A DNA stretch of 63,225 bases, filler included, from Corallochytrium limacisporum Hawaii (Eukaryota > Protista > Pluriformea), in NCBI GenBank assembly GCA_002811645.1. It is 4 parts of 4 records of this genome, joined end to end, with 100 filler letters (N's around TTAATTAATTAA, not from the genome) between each part and the next. Parts side by side here need not be neighbours in the genome. Positions count along the whole stretch, not along the records: positions 29,342 to 55,073 come from PDIP01000083.1; 3 more parts are not named here. One strand, 5' to 3'. This document shows, in pieces, positions 43,220-53,182 of this stretch. Under the pieces are notes generated by a model. The model ran no database searches. It was given only the letters and a program-made list of their open reading frames with translations, and was not told the origin of the DNA. Position numbers and translations under genes: made by a program. Positions within the stretch are counted from its first letter, which is position 1, and each line of letters starts with the position of its first letter.

Positions 43220-44665
43220 GTTGAATTGTGTGTAATGTATTCAGTTGACGATGTCGTCAAACCCGTTTTTAAGTTTTCCGTGACTGTGCAAGTCAACCGA
43301 TCCTTTGTGAATTGGTGTCTGTTTCGAACTATCGAAACATACTGTTCCTTCACAACAGGCGCATACGGCTAGTTGCCAATGTCGTTTGGGTATCGCGGGT
43401 TCATAACAAATTTAGACATCGATCAAGAGCAGGAGGCCAGGTTTTATCCAACTCATACCCCATTTCGTCCGATCGGTGAGACCTTGTTGGGACTTCATGT
43501 TTCCCACACCACTTAGCAGCAGCAGACGAACCCTACAATCCAGCCCCATACATGCCGAGCTCCTCTATGTTGCTGTATCAGCTTTGGTGTGTGGGTGTAT
43601 CGGTCCACACAATGGGCCGGCCGTTTTCAACAGGTCAAGCCAAAACTTCCACATCACACTGACGACTCAAGCTTGGGTTGAAGCATTGATATCACCCCCA
43701 CTGTACCCATTAAATGTGTTGCGTGCGGTGAGAACCGGGCCGTTCGCCGTTCACCCAGAAGAGGGGGGGGGGGGGACTAGGCCAAGAGACGGACGGGAAG
43801 CGGCAGATGACGCAGGGGCAGGGAAGCGAGTACGGGAAAATGGAAAGGAAGGGGGGGGGAGCCTGTGGTCTGTTCGTGTGTGTGCCGTCCTCGCTTGTGG
43901 TGTGCAGAAATCGCAGCTGAAATTTTCCCGGCCACGGCCGTGTGTTTGTGACCTGCGCGCGGCCCTAATGTTTTCCCTTTTTTTTGGGTGGTGCTGTGCT
44001 TGCGCTTCGCGCTTATGTGTGTCTCTGTGTGTGTGTTTCCTGGCCTTTCAAAATTTTCTCCACTCCGTTCGCCTCCCCTCCTTCTCTTTTTCCCCCGGGC
44101 ACTTAAAGTCGTCTGTGGCTCTTGGCTCTCCCCCCTCCCCCTAACCCCGGTTATTCCCTTTTCGTCTTAATACAAATCTAATTCTCTTTTTTTGTTTCCT
44201 TCTCTGTCGCTCTCTCTTGCAAAACCATGGCTGGCCCCTTCGCAAAATTTCCCAGTGGCTTTTCGGGGCGGCGGCAGCAGCTGATATCGGGCTAGCGGGA
44301 GGGAGGTGCGCGCCCGCAGTGGCAGGATAATGCGAGAACGATGGCGAGACAGAGTGACGCTGTTTGGCTTGAGGAGCGAGAGATGTAATAGAGAGAGAGA
44401 GAGAGAGACCAAACGGGTTCCTCAAAAAAAAAAAAAAGGAAATGCTGGCCCCCCCTCTCCCTCGGGACCCCGGTTTGTCGACCAAAAACAGACAAAAATG
44501 AAGGGGTATCGGACAAAGAGGGGAGGAGCATTGGGACTTGTACCTAAAGCAGGCGGGAAGGGGCAAAAAGAGAAAAAGGGGGGGGGGGGGGGAAAAAAAA
44601 AGAAAAAAAAGGGGGGGGAATAAACACGGGGGAAAAACTCTCTTTGTTTTGCAACCCGTCCGTAC

Positions 44666-44742
44666 NNNNNNNNNNNNNNNNNNNNNNNNNNNNNNNNNNN
44701 NNNNNNNNNNNNNNNNNNNNNNNNNNNNNNNNNNNNNNNNNN
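44666..44742. other. Assembly gap flanked by a near-identical duplicated sequence
   Basis: N run; about 85 nt ending gcaacccgtccgtac occurs on both sides. Confidence 0.9.
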
Positions 44743-45127
44743 GGGGGGGGGAGGAAAAAAAAAGAAAAAAAAGGGGGGGTAATACACACGGAGGAAAAAC
44801 TCTCTTTGTTTTGCAACCCGTCCGTACCGAAAGTACCGGGTGAACAGTATCCGTGGGTATCTATGTCCGGACTGTTTTGTAATCGATCGGAGTGGCAAAA
44901 AAAATAAAGAAAAAACTCCCGTATGATATACGGAGCTGAATGAAACAACCACACTCAAAGAGAAATCCAAACGACGCACACACACGCAAGAGCACGAGAG
45001 GGCACTCTGGTGAAGGCACACACAGGGCCCGGCTGGGCTCCGTGTTTTCCCGTCCCTACGTGTGCGCCCAAACTTTTTCAGCCAAAAAGTCCGAAAAGGA
45101 AACGAAGCACAATTTTTTTGTTTTCGG

Positions 45128-45132
45128 AAAAA
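45128..45132 (-). terminator. Putative Pol III terminator (TTTTT) of tRNA-Ile
   Basis: T5 run starting 2 nt after the discriminator base. Confidence 0.6.
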
Positions 45133-45133
45133 C

Positions 45134-45434
45134 TTCTCCAGGGGGGGATCGAACCCCCGACCTTCGCATTGCTTAGGTAGGTGGAGTTGCCGTAGTAAAA
45201 TGGCCTGCAAAGACTGCAGATGAAGAGACGAATGATAAGAAAACAAACATAGAGAGAGTGAGAGAGAAAGACAGACAGACCTTGCACAGAAAAACTGTGA
45301 GTCGGACCATAATGTCCATTTGCCCCGCAGTTTTCCCTTTACCATCTCTGGTGAAGGAAAAACTTGCAGACCAAAACTAGAGCCACCCATACTGCCTATA
45401 AGTACGATGCCTCTACCGACTGGGCCACTGGAGA
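45134..45434 (-). tRNA. tRNA-Ile(UAU) with a 227-nt intron (45170-45396) at position 37/38
   Basis: 5' exon TCTCCAGTGGCCCAGTCGGTAGAGGCATCGTACTTATA (45434-45397); 3' exon ATGCGAAGGTCGGGGGTTCGATCCCCCCCTGGAGAA (45169-45134); 7-bp acceptor stem, 5-bp anticodon and T stems, A73; T5 immediately downstream. Confidence 0.88.
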
Positions 45435-45465
45435 CTGTGTTCTTTCCCTTTTTTTTCCTTTTGGC

Positions 45466-45729
45466 AAAAAAGGGGGGATCCGGTGTTCTGAAAGCAAGTG
45501 CTTTTGTTCAGACACAAACCTACGTCGAGGGAGGATAAACTCCCTGGATTTCTCCAATTAAAGTGGTTCATTCAGTACCGTACATCCCAACCATGAGACA
45601 CCGAAAGGGTGTCTTCTGGTCGGTCAGAACGGAAGGGGAAGCGGTGAACAGTCGCCCACGGAGGCAGGAAGACTCGAACCCGCGCGCGGGCCGAATTTTT
45701 CCGTTTTCCATAGTCAATGTATGCACCAT
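45466..45729 (-). ncRNA. Candidate Pol III-type structured ncRNA of unknown family
   Basis: B-box GGTTCGAGTC (45680-45671), weak A-box-like TGGTGCATAC upstream, five short hairpins, T6 at 45471-45466. Confidence 0.4.
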
Positions 45730-46262
45730 TGCTTAGAGTGAAAAATCATAATATATAGTACAGTACAGTGTTCGATTTATGATCCTAATCGATTTCGTGT
45801 TTGTCGTATACGACCATATCAATTGATTGCAATATAGATTTTGAATTTCAATTGGCTTGATTTCAGCCCAGAGTGCCGGTCCGAACAGGGCGCGGACGGG
45901 AGGGCAGGAAGCAAAGGAGACTTCGCGCCCAATTTCTCCTCGTCCTTGTGCCTTTTGGGTGCCGGACTGGTTCGTGGTTGTGTTGCACACTCCACCAGCA
46001 ACGCGCTCGTAGAGCCACTTCAACTCTTCGGCCTAGTCAGGTAGCGAGAGAGATGCAAGGGGGGCATGGTGTACGTCAAGGTGTGCTGTTTCAAATATGG
46101 CGGATACTAGCTACAAAATTGGTTTGAGATCTTGGGTATACACTACCAGAAACGGGAGCTTAGTGAACTGTGACGTGAGGATCTGAAGACTATCACCTGA
46201 AAACAGTCAGTTGCAAGAATGATTTGAGGTCCCATACGAGCCAATTAACTGAGTCAAGAACA

Positions 46263-49200
46263 ATGGCTACCACGCTACCCAAAGGTGTCCGTGTACGGGA
46301 CTTGAATAGGGGAACTTCGGCGCCTGCTGTTGGCTCAACCAGTGTCAAACAATCGTCAGACAAGCGCATTCCTCAGCTTTTTGACACATTGATTAGAAAA
46401 GTAACAGGATCAACGGGACGAAATGTTAGAGACCTTTCAGCGGACGAAAAGTCATCTATCCTGCGTCTCGTGCGCACCATTATTGCCAGTCGGTACGGCC
46501 ACTCGGTGGCGTCTTCCGTTCCGGCCTTTAACAGCAGTGAGGAGGATCCCGATGCGTTCCGCGTCTCTGAAGGCATCAAGCGACGACTGGCGCGTCGTGG
46601 TACCTCCGGTGTAGACGACGCTGGTCGCTTTGCGCAGCTGTATCGCAAGATCTTGGCTTTACCGTCGCGGTCAAGGGCTCAGTTGCCTGCACTAATGCGC
46701 TTGATGGCCAGTCTCATGGACGTAGAATTGACACAGCGGAAGATGATTGGTGACAGTTCTACAGCGAAAAAGGAAGCAGAAGCCCGCACTGTGGAGGCAA
46801 TGGTCCACGGGCTGAATCTGGAAGAGACAGGTACTGGAGAAAAGGCAGCATCCGGAACGCGGAATGCCGATGTGCCTGCGGCTCCGTCTGCACACGCTTT
46901 CGCGGCTGACGAGTGGCAAACTGACTTGATCGAGGATCCGAATGACCCTGTGAAGCGGCCCTCGCAGCTCATCCTGCAGGAGATGGAAAAGCTCCAGAAT
47001 GTGAACCTTTCTCCCACGGTGGCAGAACCGGACTTGGTCCGAGACATGATCTATGTATTTCAGGGCATCAGTGGTCGGTATATTACATATGAAGCATCCA
47101 GGGACCGGTACACTGTCAACTCCACCGTGGGTGTGCCTTTAACCCTGCGGTCCCTGATTCAGGAAATGGGAGAAATTGGCTGGTACTTCCGTCGTATCGC
47201 GGCCTTCATCGCCATGCGCACGGGCCAGGAGGTCGCCTTCGACCACCTTCGCACAACCGGTGCCAAGTCCACAGTGCAGCAAAAGAATACCACTGCATCA
47301 GGTCGCGGTACTGGCATCGCAAAGGCAGAGGGTTTGGTCGCGCAAAGCTTCTGCGGCGCGCTGAGTGACGAACTGACGCTGTTTAGCCGTCTAATCTCAC
47401 GTCTCGAGGCTCAAGCCTATTGCAATTCCAACGCGGGTGGTCTAACGCTACGGCGGTGTCAGATTTTAACCTTTGACGCGCGCCAACGGCTCGAGGCCCT
47501 GGCCGTCGTCTGTGACGGTGTAAAGGACACAGACCGTGGTGGTCAGCTCCTTAATGCCGTCTTCCGCTTCACCGCGCACGGTGATCAGTCAATCCGCAGC
47601 GCGGCTCGTGACATTCTTGTAGTCACTGTACAGGCGTACCTGGCAGTCATGGAGACCTGGTTGTTTACAGGCAACCTCGACGATCCTTACGGTGAGTTCT
47701 TTGTTGCCTTGGATCCCAGTGTAAAGGAGAGCCAGGTATGGAGCCACAAGTACCGCATGCGGGACGATATGCGCCCTGCTTTCATCTCTGAGACCATGGC
47801 CAATCAAATTATGATCATCGGTAAGAGCATCGGCTTCTTGCGTGAGTTGTGCAAGGATCCTGAGGCTCCCCTGAGCGGAGACGAACGTCAGCGCCTCCGA
47901 GACCAGCTGACCGAGGAGAAACTGCAGCAGTATTTTGCTTCAGGTGCTGCGCAGGCTGCTGCGCTGCACTTTGAGAACGGCAAGCAGACTCTACAGGCAT
48001 CGAAGTCAAATCCGTTGTCTGCGCTAGCTCGTTCATCGCTGTCCACACCGCCACTGGCTCGTCGTGGCAATGAAATTGCCGCAAACACCGGTGACGTGGG
48101 TGCGCCGAATCCGTCCCACCCGGGCCTGATCCAGGCCCTGACGTCAATGGAGGTCTTAGAGAATCTTGCCGTGATTGTGGATGACCTCCACCGTCGCATT
48201 TCTGAGCGCCTCATCAACCGTCTGCGCCAACATTTCTCCATCGATCTGCACCTGCGGGCCCTGCGCGGCTACCTGCTCTTTGCGCAGGGGGACTTCATCC
48301 AGGCTCTCATGGAGAGCTGTGAGGAGGAACTCAGCAAGGAAGCGCACTACGTGCACCGCCACCGCCTTATTGCAGCACTCGAGAACGCTATCCGTGCCAT
48401 GGAGGGTAGTGACGGCATGATCGACGCGGTGGGTAATGAGACTTCAGAATTCACCCGCCGCCTGGATGTCCGTGTTCTTGAACCTATGACGGGCGACAGT
48501 GGCTGGGATATCTTTACACTTGAGTACCACTTGCACCTGCCTCTGAGTTCGATTATTACACCCGAGGACCAGACGCGATACCTCCGTGCTTTCTCCCTTC
48601 TCTGGCGTCTCAAGCGAGCCGAACGATCGCTACACGACAGCTTTGTCATGAACTTGGACACGGGCCGCCAGCTGAGCACATCAATGGCTGGTGCTGGACA
48701 CGGCAAGGCCGTGGCTGGTATGCTTAACCGCATGGACCGCATCCGTGCTGAAATGGTTCATTTTGTGGGCCAGATCACGTACTACGCCTTCTATGAGGTC
48801 ATCGAGTGCGCTTGGCACGACTTTGAGGGCGAGATGCGGGACATGATGAGCCTGGACGGTTTGATCTTCAGTCACCGCCACTTCCTGTCGCGCCTCATGC
48901 GCGGTCTTTTCCTGGAGGACGACGAGGATGGTTCCAGTAGCAACTGCAACAGCAGTGAGTCGAGGACGTCGGAGCGCGAACATCAGCTGGCTCACCTGCG
49001 TGCCATCGCCGACAACGTCCTGAACTTTGTGGACATCCAACGATCGCTCTTTGCAATTGGCAGCCAACTCGTTGAAGCTCGTCGAAAGCTCCGCGAGGAT
49101 GCCGACGCGCGGACGGATGCCGGAGGCTGGGGTATGAGTGCGTACGAGTCGAGCGCCATTGAAGAGCGCGAGCAGCGGTTCATTGTTCACGAACTGCATG

Positions 49201-49406
49201 ACTTTGCGACGCGTATGGAAATGTGCCAACGCAACCACCGCGAGCTGCTCTCCAAGCTCATGGCTACAATGGTCACGGCGAACGACTCATCTTTGCGCAG
49301 TCTGGCATTCCGATTGGACTTCAATTCGTACTATACACCGCAGTTCCGATCGTACTCGAGTAATCTGCGGAGTCCAGCGAGGGGACAGGGGGCTTTGCTG
49401 GGCTGA
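46263..49406 (+). CDS. TUBGCP3: Gamma-tubulin complex component 3 (Spc98)
   Basis: RDMIYVFQGISG, GLVAQSFC, LTLRR, GNLDDPYGEFFV, IGKSIGFLR, YLLFAQGDFI, GDSGWDIFTLEY, LAFRLDFNSYY. Confidence 0.95.
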   Translation: MATTLPKGVRVRDLNRGTSAPAVGSTSVKQSSDKRIPQLFDTLIRKVTGSTGRNVRDLSADEKSSILRLVRTIIASRYGHSVASSVPAFNSSEEDPDAFRVSEGIKRRLARRGTSGVDDAGRFAQLYRKILALPSRSRAQLPALMRLMASLMDVELTQRKMIGDSSTAKKEAEARTVEAMVHGLNLEETGTGEKAASGTRNADVPAAPSAHAFAADEWQTDLIEDPNDPVKRPSQLILQEMEKLQNVNLSPTVAEPDLVRDMIYVFQGISGRYITYEASRDRYTVNSTVGVPLTLRSLIQEMGEIGWYFRRIAAFIAMRTGQEVAFDHLRTTGAKSTVQQKNTTASGRGTGIAKAEGLVAQSFCGALSDELTLFSRLISRLEAQAYCNSNAGGLTLRRCQILTFDARQRLEALAVVCDGVKDTDRGGQLLNAVFRFTAHGDQSIRSAARDILVVTVQAYLAVMETWLFTGNLDDPYGEFFVALDPSVKESQVWSHKYRMRDDMRPAFISETMANQIMIIGKSIGFLRELCKDPEAPLSGDERQRLRDQLTEEKLQQYFASGAAQAAALHFENGKQTLQASKSNPLSALARSSLSTPPLARRGNEIAANTGDVGAPNPSHPGLIQALTSMEVLENLAVIVDDLHRRISERLINRLRQHFSIDLHLRALRGYLLFAQGDFIQALMESCEEELSKEAHYVHRHRLIAALENAIRAMEGSDGMIDAVGNETSEFTRRLDVRVLEPMTGDSGWDIFTLEYHLHLPLSSIITPEDQTRYLRAFSLLWRLKRAERSLHDSFVMNLDTGRQLSTSMAGAGHGKAVAGMLNRMDRIRAEMVHFVGQITYYAFYEVIECAWHDFEGEMRDMMSLDGLIFSHRHFLSRLMRGLFLEDDEDGSSSNCNSSESRTSEREHQLAHLRAIADNVLNFVDIQRSLFAIGSQLVEARRKLREDADARTDAGGWGMSAYESSAIEEREQRFIVHELHDFATRMEMCQRNHRELLSKLMATMVTANDSSLRSLAFRLDFNSYYTPQFRSYSSNLRSPARGQGALLG

Positions 49407-49588
49407 AACCCAGACCTCCTGAATCGGACAAAAACATACCAAACATCGTAAAACATAACTAAATCTACATGACAAAGACTGTGATGAATGATGAATTTAC
49501 AATTGCTGCTCCAGAAACTCAATGCAAACAAATCTGTGACTGGTCCTATGAATGCCGGAAGAATTCACGACGCTATCTTTATTCCATT

Positions 49589-49867
49589 TCAGGGATGCCT
49601 TGCCAGTTTAGAAGACTCCTGCTCGATGATCAGCTTGGGTCCCTGGAATAGGTTGTTCACTACAGTCATGCGCTTTGTCCGTAGGAGCTCCTCTTGTCCC
49701 TCGGCAAGGAGCTCGTCGATCTTTGCGGGGTCGGTGATGTCCTTATTGGCCTTGAAGGTGTCCCGCACCTTGCGCTTTCCATACTCTCGCAGGTTGTAGT
49801 TGCTAAATTTGCGGACCTCGCGGTGCAGGTTACGGTACAACCTCAAAACCTGCGCGTGTTGTGACAT
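49589..49867 (-). CDS. LYRM4: LYR protein Isd11 (Fe-S cluster assembly)
   Basis: VLRLYRNL, KFSNYNLREYGKRKVRDTF, KLIIE; ATG at 49867. Confidence 0.92.
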   Translation of the reverse strand: MSQHAQVLRLYRNLHREVRKFSNYNLREYGKRKVRDTFKANKDITDPAKIDELLAEGQEELLRTKRMTVVNNLFQGPKLIIEQESSKLARHP

Positions 49868-50485
49868 GCCTTTATACGTACTTTTTTGTTTTCCTTTGAT
49901 ATGAATACTATACAACGATCGAATACGGCCGCGAGCCAAGAAATATGTCAGCAACGTACAAAGTTGTCTTCACCTGACTCCAAACTCTTGTATGTTCTTC
50001 CTTTCTTTACCAGAACTGATCAAGCATGCGACGACGATCACGTGAAAATTTGCTAATCGACGAGGTTTTGAATGCCAGCGCCTTCTGAAGTACCTTGCGG
50101 TGGACACAAAAGCACAGGGACACCCACCGGTGACACTCAATAGGTGGTTTCTCACCATATGGCTTGGCGAAGCCCCCTTCCCCCAACCTTTCCTGATACT
50201 TGCACCCACCCCTCCCCCTGGGCCTGATCAGTTGTCACGGTACGTCACAGGCTTTGATATACGGAATGGTTGGGTTTCGTGGTCAACAAGAGCTTGGTGG
50301 CGATCATGGCGCTCTCCATGGTAAGAGTGGATGACAATATCATACTAATGGCACTGCGATAGACAGGATATGAAATCAGCTTGGCGATGTATTACATTTT
50401 GTAAGAATGGATGTCAAATATGGAAAATAATGATGATGTGATCGAACCGGCTCGATTTAGGTGATTTTGTTTGAAGGTTCTTTGT

Positions 50486-50917
50486 CTAGATTGGATAGCC
50501 TTCTGGCCTCCAGGGCTTCTGTTCCTGAACCATACGGTATAGAGGGTTAAAGTCCTGTGCAGGAGCTACGTACACCACCCGGCGCGTGCCTAGCTGCCTG
50601 ACTGATTCGTCCCGAACCTTGACAACACCAGGAGCCTTTGCGAATAGGGTGAAATCCTTACCGACCCCAACATTGCCACCGGGGTGGAATTCCATACCGC
50701 GTTGTTTTCGAATAATGTTGCCCACAGTGACGAGAGCACCAGGCATGACCTTCCAACCAAGGCGCTTACCGGCAGACTTACGTGTGTTCTTGGTGATGCC
50801 ACCGGCCTTCTTACTGGCACACCGAAGAGAGATAGTGGGCAACAGCGACGCACCCAAACGTAGTTGTGTCTGTTGAATGGTGCACAGTCCTGTGCTCAAT
50901 AATCGACTAAAACTCAT
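50486..50917 (-). CDS. MRPL27: Mitochondrial ribosomal protein bL27m
   Basis: Presequence, then [42 protein letters not shown]. Confidence 0.93.
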   Translation of the reverse strand: MSFSRLLSTGLCTIQQTQLRLGASLLPTISLRCASKKAGGITKNTRKSAGKRLGWKVMPGALVTVGNIIRKQRGMEFHPGGNVGVGKDFTLFAKAPGVVKVRDESVRQLGTRRVVYVAPAQDFNPLYRMVQEQKPWRPEGYPI

Positions 50918-51839
50918 GTTGTCTCTATTGTGCTACCCAGGATGCTAAATTTCGATATACACGCTGATGTAAAATTGTCGCCAGTGGAAAACAACAAATT
51001 CCGGTCTATTTCGTATGAAATCTGTTCTTTTGATGCGGGTTACAAATACCAACAATTAGCATCGTTCAAACAGCGCAGACGCATTCATTAAACGACATGA
51101 TTCCCACCGCAGCAACTATTTTGGAGGGGGGCCGCAAATTCAGTGTTGCCAGTTGCTTTGGGTTGCGTGTTTGACTGGCCCATTGTTTCCGATTCGCGCT
51201 CGGCAGATCGCGCGTGGTAGAGGGAAGGGAGAGGGGGGGGGGGCGTTAGTGTTCCCGCCGTCTGGAGCACCGCGTGTGTTGCGCACAATTGGAGCTCTAT
51301 CGAGTTCTGCTCTATCGAGTTCGAGCATGTTTTGCTGCTGCTCTCTGGCAGGGCGTCTGGGGAACTACTTCAGAGCATAGAGATCGGCCAACTGCTGCAC
51401 ACCTTTGACTTTCTCTTTAGGACGTCCCGGATGGAGTGTCGATCCGTTCTAGGCCACGGGCATGGCCCCATCTACAGTCCGTGCGGTGTCAAGTACCACA
51501 CACCTAAGGCAAGAAGGGCTGTGACGTCTTTGATTAAGTCGGTGTTGAGATCGAGATGTTTTACGGGTTCGTTTTTGTTTTAGCGTGTGGGTGTGTCCCT
51601 GCGTTTGTAACGGCAAGAACCTTAGTCTCTGATTTCCGCTGACCCCCGCATATTCCATATCTCTGCTGTGATGGCTATGCCATGATTGCGGTTTGGGGCA
51701 AACCATGCGGGTGACATTCCTTTCTCATTCTCCCATACTTTTCTCAAATTGCTGATTCCTCCAGTTATGTTCTCTTTTTAAATCCTTCCTGTGCTCACCT
51801 CCATCTCACTTTTAGACAACATTTTATTCCAAATCTTCT

Positions 51840-53182
51840 TTACATGGCTCTCTTTTTCATTATGGGTGACCGCTGTCCAATGTTTAGAGTCCGCGGGGCG
51901 AACCGCTGGACAACGTAGAGGGCTACCACCAGTATTCCTACACAAGAGTAGATTAGGAACACATTGCGCTCATCGGGTCCATGACAGGTGGTGAGCTGGA
52001 CAATCTCATCAATGTCTGCTGCGTCGGAATGTGACGGGCTGAGGGTGGCCAAGTCGAACGACGGATCGGGACGGTTACGCCAATTAAACGTGCTCACGGT
52101 ATACTCAGGGATTGTCTTGCCGTTTTGTGGGTAGTGCATGTATGAGCACTGGTAGTGCTGATGTGCACTGAAGACGACGTCGGGATCAAGTTCTTGCAGG
52201 ATGAATCGAGATGCTCTGTTGTGTTTAGTCATCAAAACAAAAAAAGGAAAAGAGTTAGCATGATCCTGTTACCTTGGGCCATTCTTCCCGTCTGTATGTA
52301 AGTGCAAGTCTCCCCCATTTTCCCTTCTTTCTATCATGACAGACATGCAATAAAGACTACTTACCTCTTGCTGATCACGTCTTTACCAGCGCGATTAAGA
52401 CCCGCATTCGGGTGTGCATTTGGCTGGTAGTCGATGCAGTCATTGTCCCGCTCTCTGTACAGTGGAAAGTGGCTGAGCAGCACTGTCGTCCTCAGCATCC
52501 TATCCGGTAGTCCCCGCTTCTGCACATGCGCTGCAATATCACGCAATTGGCCCTTGGCCTGTGTGCACAGTTCACAGTTGTCACCTTCAAAGGCCATGGA
52601 GTTGATGATGATAAAGTTGATGTCCCGGTGCATCTCCAGCCGGACCATGTCCTCTCGTGCAATCTTCGCCTCAATTCCATCTGGATGGTGAGCTTTGGTG
52701 AAGCGATCTACTAGCTGCCGATTCATGGGCCCGTGAAAGCCCACGTCATGATTGCCCACAACAATAATCAATTCGTTCTTATCCTTCTCTGTCAACGTAT
52801 TTCCCCTGATGCCCTCGTCCACAAAGATTGCGTCAGATCTTTGGAGATAATTCTGCCACGCCAACTGGTGAACCCACTTGCCCTCGTCGTAAACGTCGCC
52901 AAGAATCATGCTGATCTGCGGCTTGAGACGCCCGTGCGCACTGGTCCACAGTTGCGACATGCTCCACTCACGACGCACCCTGTCGATCCAGGCTCCTCTC
53001 GGCCCTATCAAGTGCGTGTCCCCACTGATGAGTAACCGGACTGCATCTTCGTTATCTATCGACGGCCATGCACACCACGACACTGCTAATCTGTAAGCAA
53101 ACCATTCATTCCAGAAGACAGCTGCTGCAACCAACAGTAAAGGCAAATACTTGGAGTCTATTCTCCGTGATTGCCTTTGCAT
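51840..53182 (-). CDS. MPPE1: Metallophosphoesterase MPPE1/PGAP5 (Cdc1-like); two exons, 53182-52365 and 52215-51840
   Basis: GDTHL, LGDVYDEG, GNHDVGFH, SHFPLYR, FSAHQH, TFNWRN, C-terminal TM. The intron GTAAGT...TGCTAAC...polyY...ACAG keeps the frame (AG|A = Arg). Confidence 0.9.
52216..52364 (-). other. Spliceosomal GT-AG intron (149 nt) in MPPE1
   Basis: 5' site AG|GTAAGT, branch TGCTAAC (52260-52254), pyrimidine tract, AACAG|; joins two ORFs in frame. Confidence 0.88.

Noticed and set aside
44228-44250. TGGCCCCTTCGCAA resembling the U6 internal stem-loop
   Set aside because: No ACAGAGA box or AGC triad upstream.
44577-44827. Direct repeat of about 85 nt around an N gap
   Set aside because: Most likely unmerged overlapping contig ends with homopolymer errors, not a biological repeat.
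45192-45204. GCCATTTTACTA in the tRNA intron resembling U5 loop 1
   Set aside because: It has an extra base, is not presented as a stem-closed loop, and has no Sm site downstream.
44422-45390. 322-aa minus-strand ORF
   Set aside because: Runs through an N gap, low-complexity tracts and the tRNA; not protein-like.
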